Origin: Promethearchaeota archaeon
Lineage (GTDB): Archaea; Asgardarchaeota; Lokiarchaeia; Sigyniarchaeales; SOKP01
NCBI GenBank assembly: GCA_011364925.1
Contig: RDOA01000004.1
Location: forward strand, 66,265-130,264
DNA length: 64,000 nt
Direction of reading: 5' to 3'
In this document: one piece after another, positions 40,395-49,501 of the stretch
How positions within the stretch are numbered: the stretch's first letter is position 1
Layout: each line of letters opens with the position of its first letter
The notes under the pieces: generated by a model
The model's database searches: none
What the model saw: the letters and a program-made list of their open reading frames with translations, nothing else
Told to the model about the DNA's origin: nothing
Translations under genes and position numbers: made by a program

Positions 40395-42284
40395 TTATCT
40401 CATCAGATAATATTTTTTAGCAAGATTATCTATTAATTTTTCATCTACATCAAAAAGTTTAAGAAAACAGATATCAATTATCCTTTTCGGGTTACTTTCA
40501 TTTTGTATTCTGGAATAAATATCAGGATTTAATTCTTTTAACTTATTTAATTTGATTATGTTTACAGAAACTATATTTTGAGTCAAATTTAGAGTAATAT
40601 CTCGTATTAAATTAATCAATTCTAACTCGTATGGAGATCGAAATAGCGATGTGTTAGGGATTGGTATTTCCTCCTCTAATTTAGTCTTACTCCTTTTTAT
40701 TGTAATATTTTTTGCTTTAAATAAAAAATTCACAATTTTAGAATTTAGATAAGCGAGAAGAAATAAGTAGTCAAAATTGTTTTTCCCTTCGTTTAACCAT
40801 AAAAAATATGTATCAGAAGTAGCATAATACGAATCGTTCGTATATCCAAACACATTTGAGTTGGAAATGTAACTAAAAAAAATTTTAGCTCCTCTCTCAT
40901 AGTAAGGTTCGAGGTTAACTAATTTTCTTTTATGTTTAATGTTATAATGAGTAATCAGGCTTCCTCTTCGTGGAAAATAAATGTCATTGATATTTTCTTT
41001 TGCATTTTTAAGTATCTTTACAAGCTCTTTTTTATATTGGTTTAAATATGCTGTTAAATTAGGGTATTTCTGGTTTAAATATTTATTTCGTTCCATTGCC
41101 TTTTCAGTGCGTAACTCATTTTTACTTAAAAAGATTAGGTACCCTATAAAGTCACTCTTGTCAAAAGAGAAAGGCTTTATCGCTCTACTCTTATATATCT
41201 TTTTTAACCTTTTCTTTTCCTCATTATTTAATTTTACGAAAGTATTATTAATTTTGATATACATCTCTGTTTCGACAATTTTGATGTTCTCATTCTCCTT
41301 TAATATGAAAATTTCGTCCTTTATCAGAATTAATCCATTTCGAATGATAAAAAAATCATTTAAATAGCTTACTTTCCCATTAAATCTACAATATTTTTCA
41401 ATTGTATCAACATAATGTTTAACTTCTAAAGGATACAGTAAAATCCATCCATCATTTTTAGGCAAATCTTTATTTGATATAGCAGAATTGTACTTCAATA
41501 AATGTGTTGACTTCTGGTTATTTAGAATATCCATAAAAGTTTGTTCTAAGAAATTTCCCTCGCAATGTTTATTACTAAGATTAAACTGAATTACTTCGAT
41601 TTTTTTATCGAAATTTTTGTTCTTTTCATTTTCATATTTCTTTTGCAGGATAAAAATGCAGTTATGCTGACCTTTAGCATCTTGGAAAATAGTAATTTTT
41701 GATAGATCAATGTATTGTAACATAAAGCAATCGTTCACTATGTGAGGTTTTAGATATTTTATCCCTGTTTTTTTTGATTTAGTTAACCAATAGTTAGTTG
41801 TGATAAAAGATAATAATCCTCCTGGTCGTAATTTCTCTATTCCTAAATGAATGAAAAAATAGAACAAGTCCATATTCCCAGCAAAATATTTTTTGCATAT
41901 TGGATACATTGCTACCAACTCTTGAAAAATTGGCGCGTTATAATTTTGACCTAAGTAAGGTGGGTTTCCTATAACAATATCGAATTTTTCATTAGTGTTA
42001 GATCCTAAGAAGTTCCCAAATACTAACTTTACTTTCGGGTATTTCTCTAAAAGTGGAGTTTTCAGAGATTGATCTACTTCATATCCAGTTATATTTGTAA
42101 ACCCTTCCCTTAATAAATACTTGAGAAAAATACCTTTTCCTACACAAGGTTCGAGAACCTTAATTTCTTCAATGTCTAATTCATTATGTATCGACAAATA
42201 CCTATTCTTAATGTTTCTAACCATAAAATCTGCGACATAATGGGGAGTAAAAATTTGACTCAACTGATTTCTATTTAGATCCAT
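40395..42284 (-). CDS. N6-adenine DNA methyltransferase (TaqI/Eco57I-like), orphan
   Basis: QIFTP, LEPCVGKGIF, IGNPPY, LAYLNS. Confidence 0.88.
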   Translation of the reverse strand: MDLNRNQLSQIFTPHYVADFMVRNIKNRYLSIHNELDIEEIKVLEPCVGKGIFLKYLLREGFTNITGYEVDQSLKTPLLEKYPKVKLVFGNFLGSNTNEKFDIVIGNPPYLGQNYNAPIFQELVAMYPICKKYFAGNMDLFYFFIHLGIEKLRPGGLLSFITTNYWLTKSKKTGIKYLKPHIVNDCFMLQYIDLSKITIFQDAKGQHNCIFILQKKYENEKNKNFDKKIEVIQFNLSNKHCEGNFLEQTFMDILNNQKSTHLLKYNSAISNKDLPKNDGWILLYPLEVKHYVDTIEKYCRFNGKVSYLNDFFIIRNGLILIKDEIFILKENENIKIVETEMYIKINNTFVKLNNEEKKRLKKIYKSRAIKPFSFDKSDFIGYLIFLSKNELRTEKAMERNKYLNQKYPNLTAYLNQYKKELVKILKNAKENINDIYFPRRGSLITHYNIKHKRKLVNLEPYYERGAKIFFSYISNSNVFGYTNDSYYATSDTYFLWLNEGKNNFDYLFLLAYLNSKIVNFLFKAKNITIKRSKTKLEEEIPIPNTSLFRSPYELELINLIRDITLNLTQNIVSVNIIKLNKLKELNPDIYSRIQNESNPKRIIDICFLKLFDVDEKLIDNLAKKYYLMR

Positions 42285-42377
42285 TGTTTACTAGATTGTT
42301 GAAAGAAGCTAAATATTTGAAGTTTTTAGTTAGTACTTCTTTTAGGTAATAAAAAACGATAAACAAAAAATTCTTTT

Positions 42378-43904
42378 TTAATCCTCGTGATGATGATGGT
42401 GACTGTGAGACTTAATATTTACTGGTTGCATCTTACCAATTGCCCAACCCGTAACTTCGTTAAGAGAAGGATGAATTACCATTGATTTATAAAGAGGCAT
42501 GAAAGATCCAGCCTCAGGACAAGCCCTTCCTAATTTATTGGACCCTGTTCTTCCAGGAAATTCAGGAGAATCGCATGTATATCCAGCATTCATTAAATAA
42601 ACAAAAGGCTGTACAAGCACCGCCGCATGAGGTCCGACAACATGTGCGCCTAATAATTTATAAGATTTATCGATTATTAATTTAACGAAACCATTATCAT
42701 CATCATCATTATTGTAACCCATTGCAAATCCTTTTGCTACATTAGAGTAGTTGTTTATAGCAACAAAAATCTCGTGTCCTTTACCTATTGCTTCTTCTTG
42801 TGTCATACCTGCATGACCAATTTGAGGTGATGTAAATATAGCCCACGGAACTACTGAATAATCTACCTCATGTTTCTCATCTGGAGATCCAAAAATATTA
42901 TTAGCACAAATATCTGCTTCATAATTAGCTTTATGTCGAAATTGGAAAAGACCATTAGCATCACCAAAGCACCAAATATTTGGTTTTGTTGTCTCTAAGT
43001 ATTTATTGGTTTTAATCCACCCCCGCTCATCGGTTTCAACTCCAGTATTTTCAACCGCCAACAAGTCAGCGTTAGAACGACGTCCAGCCGCAATTAAAAT
43101 TTCTTCTGCTTGCAATTCAATTTCTTCTCCATTCTCGACGTTTTGAACCGTAACTGTTTTAAAATTCATCTTTGTGCCGACTTTTATCGCTTTATGATTT
43201 ACTAACACTTTCATATGTTTCTTTAAATTACGCTCTAAAAACTCACTTATTTCTGGTTCCTCGGTCATAACTAAGCGAGGTAACATTTCTACAATTGTTA
43301 CATCTGTTCCAAAAGAAGAGAAAATGTGAGCAAATTCAGCAGCAATAACTCCACCACCTATAATAATTAAACTTTCCCAAGGCTTTTGAGGGAATTTATC
43401 CCCAAAGAAATTTTCGTTCGTGATGTATTCGATCTCATCCAGTCCGTTGATCGGAGGAATAAAAGAACGTGCACCAGACGCTAAAACAAATTTTTTCGCT
43501 TTAAAATGACCTATAACTTTGTCAGTTTCAACAGATTTAATTTGCATCTCATATTCCCCTACAAATTCACCAACTCCTTTATATAGCTTCAAATTTGGTA
43601 CTTGCGACAGTCCCTCTTCCATCTCTTCGCTTTCATTTATTTGACTCCACATTCGATCAGCAATTAAATTCCAATCTATGTTTTCGACTTTAAATTTTAT
43701 TCCTACTTTCGAAGCGTGCTCAGCCTGTCTTATCAAATCTGCCGGATGAACCAACACTTTCGATGGAATACAACCCCGAGTTAAGCAAGTTGCTCCAAGC
43801 TTCGTATTTTCAACGAGAGCGCACTTCAACCCCATTTGAAGCCCATAATTTAGAACGCTTAAACCAGCGCCAGATCCAATCACAACTAAATCGTATTTTT
43901 CCAT
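42378..43904 (-). CDS. Class I pyridine nucleotide-disulfide oxidoreductase (dihydrolipoamide dehydrogenase/mycothione reductase-like)
   Basis: GSGAG, GATCLTRGCIPSK redox disulfide, GGGVIAAE, HPSLNE; His-rich C-terminus. Confidence 0.9.
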   Translation of the reverse strand: MEKYDLVVIGSGAGLSVLNYGLQMGLKCALVENTKLGATCLTRGCIPSKVLVHPADLIRQAEHASKVGIKFKVENIDWNLIADRMWSQINESEEMEEGLSQVPNLKLYKGVGEFVGEYEMQIKSVETDKVIGHFKAKKFVLASGARSFIPPINGLDEIEYITNENFFGDKFPQKPWESLIIIGGGVIAAEFAHIFSSFGTDVTIVEMLPRLVMTEEPEISEFLERNLKKHMKVLVNHKAIKVGTKMNFKTVTVQNVENGEEIELQAEEILIAAGRRSNADLLAVENTGVETDERGWIKTNKYLETTKPNIWCFGDANGLFQFRHKANYEADICANNIFGSPDEKHEVDYSVVPWAIFTSPQIGHAGMTQEEAIGKGHEIFVAINNYSNVAKGFAMGYNNDDDDNGFVKLIIDKSYKLLGAHVVGPHAAVLVQPFVYLMNAGYTCDSPEFPGRTGSNKLGRACPEAGSFMPLYKSMVIHPSLNEVTGWAIGKMQPVNIKSHSHHHHHED

Positions 43905-44012
43905 ACTTTCAATACTCCATCTATCATTTTTAAAGTTTTTACTAATTTTTTAAAGAATGTCGAAAAATAAGATTAACCCGGAAAATTAATTATATTCTGG
44001 TATATTAATTCT

Positions 44013-45203
44013 TTATCTACGCATATTGATGAAACCGCCTGATTTCATTAAATCACATGGTTTAAGAAAATTTTTACTACTTTTTTTAACGAAATCTTCT
44101 AACATCCTAGACCATTTTTCATAGTTCCTTTTACCAGGACTAAAAGGGCCCGACATACTTGTTCCAGCCAACATTACATCGTCAATAATTTTATAACCGG
44201 ATACTATTTTCTCTTCTAATAACTTACATCCTTCATTAAGCATAATAGCCATGATCATTTCTGGATTTAAAACGCCTGCCTTTTTGTCTAAATTTATTTC
44301 TGCTTTCCCTCTTGTCCAGTCGTAAAACCCTTGACCAGATTTTCTCCCAAGGTGACCAGTTTCTACTAGATTTGTAAGAACCTTGCCAGGAGCAAAATCT
44401 TTTGAAAAGATTCTTTCATAACTCTTCATGGAATTGTAAGTAGTATCTACTCCAAGGTAGTCCGTTAATTCACAAGGACCCATGGGAGTTAGTTTTCGTG
44501 CTTCTGCATCAGCATCGATTTGTTCCCAAGGAATACTTCTCTCAAAAGCTTTATCAAAAATCCAGCTAAGATAAATATTAGGAGGAATCAGTAAACGATT
44601 CGCTATAAATCCCGGACTTTCTTTCTCAATTCGAACAGTAAGGCGTTCACCTTTAAGACATGGTAAATTCTTTCCAATCTCGACACCTAAATCTAACGCT
44701 TTATCGCTGGATTCCTCACCTTTCATCACCTCAACACAGCATTGAAGCACAACGGGAAAGAAAAAATGCATTCCTATAACATTTTCTGGTCTATTTGAAT
44801 CTTTTGCAATATCGGTTATTCTAAATGTTGAAGTATTTGAAGCAAAAATACAGTGTGGGGGTGCATTTTTCATGACTACTTTACATACTTGTTTTTTAAC
44901 TTCTAACTTCTCAACGATAGCTTCGAAGACAAAATCGCTCTCTTTAACTGCAGACGAGAGATCGGTTGATTTTTTACATTTTAACATAATATCAGATATA
45001 GAAACGCCTTCCTCTAGCTTGCCTTTTGATTGAGCTTTTTCTAAACCTTGTTCAATTTTGAGTACTCCCTTGTTAACTATTTCCTCTTCAACATCCACCA
45101 CAGTTACGCTGTATCCCGCCATTAATACAACTTGGGCAATACCATAACCCATAGCTCCAGCGCCTAATACAGTAATATTCTTAATTTCGCTAAATTCTGC
45201 CAT
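44013..45203 (-). CDS. 3-hydroxyacyl-CoA dehydrogenase
   Basis: GAGAMG, EAIVE, ASNTS, GMHFF, PGFIANR, PMGP, GRKSGQGFY; duplicated C-domain; start at ATG 45203 (or TTG 45215). Confidence 0.92.
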   Translation of the reverse strand: MAEFSEIKNITVLGAGAMGYGIAQVVLMAGYSVTVVDVEEEIVNKGVLKIEQGLEKAQSKGKLEEGVSISDIMLKCKKSTDLSSAVKESDFVFEAIVEKLEVKKQVCKVVMKNAPPHCIFASNTSTFRITDIAKDSNRPENVIGMHFFFPVVLQCCVEVMKGEESSDKALDLGVEIGKNLPCLKGERLTVRIEKESPGFIANRLLIPPNIYLSWIFDKAFERSIPWEQIDADAEARKLTPMGPCELTDYLGVDTTYNSMKSYERIFSKDFAPGKVLTNLVETGHLGRKSGQGFYDWTRGKAEINLDKKAGVLNPEMIMAIMLNEGCKLLEEKIVSGYKIIDDVMLAGTSMSGPFSPGKRNYEKWSRMLEDFVKKSSKNFLKPCDLMKSGGFINMRR

Positions 45204-45338
45204 CTTAGGCACCAATCATTAAGATTAATTAGTCAATTGATTAAAATTCTTAAATAAAATTACAATTGGAGGAAATAATCGTTAAAAATAAATAAGGCTT
45301 GTTGTATGTATTTTTTACTATTTTCTGAATTATATCAT

Positions 45339-46505
45339 TTATGCTTCTGGTATTATAAAAACAAAACTACTACCTTTCTCAAAATCTCCTTTAATTCTAT
45401 CTTCAATCCAAATTTCTCCACTATAGCTTTCAATTATTTTTTTCACTAACGATAAACCTAGACCCATCCCTTCTGTTTTCTTTTTTAAGTCCTTTCCTCT
45501 TGTAAAAATTTTACTCTTTCTCTCGTCGCTGATTCCGACACCATTATCCTGAAATTCAAATTTTATAGCTTTCTGGTTATTTTTATAAAATTTTGAAGCT
45601 ATAACAAGAATTTGTATCTTGGAACTATTATTATGTCTTATAGAATTAATCAATAGATTTTCAAACACATCAAGTAAGAGATCATTAGCAATAACAAATA
45701 GATTAGTATCTCCTAAATCAATTTTAATGTGAACATTCTTATTTTGGAAACTTTGCTTAACATAATTAATAGCCTCACTTAAGAAATTGCTAACATTAAT
45801 TTTTTTAAGAGAAACTTCACTTTCTTCAATCAAAGATAATTTCCCTACATTAGAAACTAATTGAACTCCTCTAGCTACTTGATTATTGATGATATCATAT
45901 AATTCCTTTAGTACACGTAGGTTTTCAAATGTATTTAATTGGATCGAGCTGAGTTCCATGGCTGATGTAATCACTTGAAAGATGTTATTGATATCATGGA
46001 CTACTAAGTAACTATATAGATTTGCTCTTTCGTAGGCTGAACGATATCTTTCTTCTGAAATTCTTAATTTTTCTTCAGCAATTTTCCTATCAGTTATATC
46101 AACATGGTAGGCAGTAAAATATCTTGGTAATCCCTCTTCATCAAAAATAGTGTTGATTGTTAGGATTACATGGATAAATTCTCCATTTTTTCTTCTATTT
46201 ATTATTTCACCACGCCAAAAACCTATGTTTGCATCTAAAATTGCGTTCCATAATTTTTCAAAAAATAAAGCATCCATTTCTCCTGAATTTAAAATTCTAG
46301 GGTTTTTCCCTAAAGCTTCTTCCTGTGAATATCCATAGTATTTAGTAAATGCTTTGTTGATGTGTAAGATATGAACTTCATTATCTCTATATTCCGCAAT
46401 AACCTGTGAGTTTGGAGATTCCTCAAAACCTTTCCTCAGGAGTTTTAATCCAATCTCTTTATTTTTATTCTCTGGTATAAAATCGAATTGTGAATCTACT
46501 TTCAT
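45339..46505 (-). CDS. PAS-domain sensor histidine kinase (cytoplasmic)
   Basis: PAS (NKAF..YGYS.EE.LGKNPRIL), H-box HDINN, N-box ENLLINSIRH, DNGVG, GLGL. Confidence 0.93.
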   Translation of the reverse strand: MKVDSQFDFIPENKNKEIGLKLLRKGFEESPNSQVIAEYRDNEVHILHINKAFTKYYGYSQEEALGKNPRILNSGEMDALFFEKLWNAILDANIGFWRGEIINRRKNGEFIHVILTINTIFDEEGLPRYFTAYHVDITDRKIAEEKLRISEERYRSAYERANLYSYLVVHDINNIFQVITSAMELSSIQLNTFENLRVLKELYDIINNQVARGVQLVSNVGKLSLIEESEVSLKKINVSNFLSEAINYVKQSFQNKNVHIKIDLGDTNLFVIANDLLLDVFENLLINSIRHNNSSKIQILVIASKFYKNNQKAIKFEFQDNGVGISDERKSKIFTRGKDLKKKTEGMGLGLSLVKKIIESYSGEIWIEDRIKGDFEKGSSFVFIIPEA

Positions 46506-46682
46506 TAATGGTTCCCTATTTTATTACACACTTCTTCAAAAATATATTACTATGATTGAAGTTAATTTTTTTGTTATAACTATAATCTTGCAGACTGATT
46601 TAAATACAAGTTTTATAAAAAATTACAGAAGGAAATTGTAAAAGAATAATTAAAAATGAAAAATAAGAAATTAAAGTAAATA

Positions 46683-47618
46683 TTAGCTCTCGATAATATT
46701 CTTTAATTTAGGGAATATTCGAGGATAGTGTACAGCCATGCAGTGAATTCCTTCCAATAGATTTTTAGCTCGTAATTCTGTTATGAAAGGTTTAAAAAAT
46801 TCGTAATTATATTGGTCATACAATTCTTTCTGTTGCTTTTTATCTGTAATGTCAGTCTTTACACTCTTCCACTTAGCCAGAATTTCTTTAGGCACACTAA
46901 CGCCTGGTACGAAGGTATCAAAACCTTTAGCTATTCCATATGATTTCATAGGAAAGATTCCAAGTAATACCGGTACTTTATATTTCCTAATTTCCGTTAA
47001 AAATTCGATAGTTCTGTCTAGATCGTATACTACTTGAGTTTGTAAAAATTCACAACCTGCTTCTGCTTTTCTACCTATTTTCAAGACTTCTGCACCCATT
47101 GGTTCAGCATTAGGATTTGCAGCTGCACCAACATGTAAAGTTGGGGGAGCTTCGATTTCATTTCCGTTAATACTACCTTTATCCACCATTTCTCTCACTA
47201 GTCTGACGAGGTTTGCAGAATCAAGATCGAAAACTGGTTTTGCTTCCGGTACATCACCCAAAGCTGTATGATCACCAGTTAGAGAAAGAACATTGCGTAT
47301 CCCTAAGGCGTGAGCACCCATAATCATACCAGCTATTCCTAATTTATTAACATCTCTAACGGTCATTTGCCATACGCACTCTAACCCTGCATTTTTTTGT
47401 ATTAGGTGGGTAGCTGCCATCGAATTTATCGTTACTATTCCCAAAGGACTATCTGTAACATTAGCTGCAATTACATAAGGGGCCATTTCTTTAGCTTCTT
47501 GGATAGTGTGAGAGAGATCAGTTGTCTTCTCGGGCTCTAACTCACCCGTTAAAACGAATTCACCCTTAGCAAGAGCTTCCCCTAATTTGGAATAAGTTTT
47601 TATTTCTGTCATTTCCAT
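46683..47618 (-). CDS. metF: Methylenetetrahydrofolate reductase MetF (copy 1)
   Basis: GELEP, NVTDSP, RDVN, LTGDH, FLQTQ; start after GGAGGT SD. Confidence 0.9.
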   Translation of the reverse strand: MEMTEIKTYSKLGEALAKGEFVLTGELEPEKTTDLSHTIQEAKEMAPYVIAANVTDSPLGIVTINSMAATHLIQKNAGLECVWQMTVRDVNKLGIAGMIMGAHALGIRNVLSLTGDHTALGDVPEAKPVFDLDSANLVRLVREMVDKGSINGNEIEAPPTLHVGAAANPNAEPMGAEVLKIGRKAEAGCEFLQTQVVYDLDRTIEFLTEIRKYKVPVLLGIFPMKSYGIAKGFDTFVPGVSVPKEILAKWKSVKTDITDKKQQKELYDQYNYEFFKPFITELRAKNLLEGIHCMAVHYPRIFPKLKNIIES

Positions 47619-47620
47619 TA

Positions 47621-48292
47621 CTACCTCCAAACTACCTCTCTTTGATGTCCAATTTTACTCCAATCTATGGGATCTCTTAATTTCGCAAATAAATCTAAAC
47701 GACCTAACTCTTTTAGACGATTATATATCAATATCCACCCGCAATCCTTCTCGTAATTTCCCACTTCACATTTTCCATCCACCATCCCTCCACATGGACC
47801 ATTCATTAACGATTTGGCGCAAGTTGTTACAGGACAAATCCCACCAGTTTCATTTAACAGACAATCGCCACACCCTCTACACCGCATGTAAAAACGTCCT
47901 ATGCGTTCGGTCATGCCAATAAACTCAGTATTATTAGCTGTGAAAACTGGGATATCTGGGTGATTTTTCGTAAGAACTTCAACGATCGATTGGACACCTA
48001 AACCACAGGATAGGGTTAGAATACCATCAGAATTTTTAACATCTTCTTCGATCTTGCGTAAATCTTTTTTCATTACGCGATTATCACACACATCTTCACT
48101 CACTATTGCATTGGATACATTGAAACCTCTTTCTTTTAGTTTTTCAGACCATTCTTCAGCTCCTTCAGTACCACCAGTTTGACAAAGAGCAGCACAAACT
48201 CCGCAACTTACAATTAATACATTTTTTACTTTATAATTATTCAAGGCCTCAAAAACTTCTTCTTCTGGCTTTTTTGTTGTTATTACAACCAT
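47621..48292 (-). CDS. metV: MetV, Zn/Fe-S small subunit of MTHFR (copy 1)
   Basis: CGVCAALC, LSCGLGVQ, CRGCGDC, CPVTTCAKSLMNGPCGG, CEV, CGW. Confidence 0.88.
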   Translation of the reverse strand: MVVITTKKPEEEVFEALNNYKVKNVLIVSCGVCAALCQTGGTEGAEEWSEKLKERGFNVSNAIVSEDVCDNRVMKKDLRKIEEDVKNSDGILTLSCGLGVQSIVEVLTKNHPDIPVFTANNTEFIGMTERIGRFYMRCRGCGDCLLNETGGICPVTTCAKSLMNGPCGGMVDGKCEVGNYEKDCGWILIYNRLKELGRLDLFAKLRDPIDWSKIGHQREVVWR

Positions 48293-48322
48293 GACTTTTA
48301 ACTCTTCTTTTCTAATTGTTGT

Positions 48323-48362
48323 AGATTAAAATTTTAATCTTATAATTCTACATGGTAGAATT
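48323..48362. promoter_or_regulatory. Tandem palindromes upstream of metV-metF copy 1
   Basis: Perfect 18-bp AGATTAAAATTTTAATCT (48323-48340) and AATTCTAC-ATG-GTAGAATT (48344-48362). Confidence 0.45.
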
Positions 48363-48484
48363 GTTGAAATAATTAAAAATTAATTGTTTTAAAACAAAAG
48401 CGAGATCATAAACCGCAAAACACTTGATCAAAAAATGCAAAAATTATCTAAAAAATTGTAGTATATTTCATAATAGAAATCCAG

Positions 48485-49327
48485 TCAATAAACATGCTTT
48501 CGTGAAAAATAAGAATGATCCACACTGTTTTTTAAAAAATGTTTGTGAAAGACAATCTTCTGTTCTTCTGGGAGATTTGTAATATTTATTTTTAAATAAG
48601 ATATACCTTTCAGTTCGTCGATACTTTCTATTGTTTCTATTGGGTTGTATAATAAATTCAAATCGTGTAAATATCTTAGGTCTTTAAGACCTTTGACTAT
48701 TTTAATCCTATTCCCTAATAAATCAATATCTGACAAATAAGGTTTGTTCTCCAAACCTTTAATTTCGGTAATGCGGTTATTGGTAAGTTCTAGTCGTTCG
48801 AGGTGTTTTAAACTTTCAAGTCCAGTTATTTCCGTTATTTCGTTCATGCTCAAATTGAGATGTTCTAATTCCGTTAAATTCTCTAAGTTCTCGATGGTCT
48901 CAATATAATTTCCTCGCTCCAGATGGAAAGCGTCGCCAAAGATTAAAATCCGCAAGTTCTTAAGGTTTTGAAGACCTTCAATTTTTTCTATTTGGTTGTC
49001 AAAAAGCCGAAGTTCCTTAAGATTTGTCAGATTTTCTAAACCCTCTAGTTTAGTAATATAATTCGAGCTTAAATCTAAAATCTCTAATTTTTTCAAGTTT
49101 TCTAATCCTTCAATCTTAACAATTTGGTTACCGCCTAAATCAAGGTGTCTCAAGTTTACTAGATCGTTGATCCCTTCGATTTTCCTAATCGAAGGTATGT
49201 TCGAACTTAGGTTTAAAGAAGTAATTTCCTCGTTGTCCACATTTTTATAATAAAGGTTTTTGTAAGTCTTTAATGCATTTTCCAGAATATTACTATTTGA
49301 TAAATCGCTCGTATTATCTTCAGGCAT
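48485..49327 (-). CDS. Leucine-rich repeat protein, SDS22-like repeats
   Basis: Repeated 22-aa LxxLxLxxNxIxKIEGLENL units. Confidence 0.93.
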   Translation of the reverse strand: MPEDNTSDLSNSNILENALKTYKNLYYKNVDNEEITSLNLSSNIPSIRKIEGINDLVNLRHLDLGGNQIVKIEGLENLKKLEILDLSSNYITKLEGLENLTNLKELRLFDNQIEKIEGLQNLKNLRILIFGDAFHLERGNYIETIENLENLTELEHLNLSMNEITEITGLESLKHLERLELTNNRITEIKGLENKPYLSDIDLLGNRIKIVKGLKDLRYLHDLNLLYNPIETIESIDELKGISYLKINITNLPEEQKIVFHKHFLKNSVDHSYFSRKHVY

Positions 49328-49501
49328 TATTATCTTAATTTTTTCTTAATTCTTTATATATTTTCTGTATCTATAAATGATATGAGTATTCTAGATTAAA
49401 CGGTACTTCTTAAGTTTCTTTAAATCTTCTTCTGTCTAAAACTCAAGGTTTATAATAAAATTTTACGATAAAATAAAATTAAAAAAGATTACCCTTCATT
49501 C

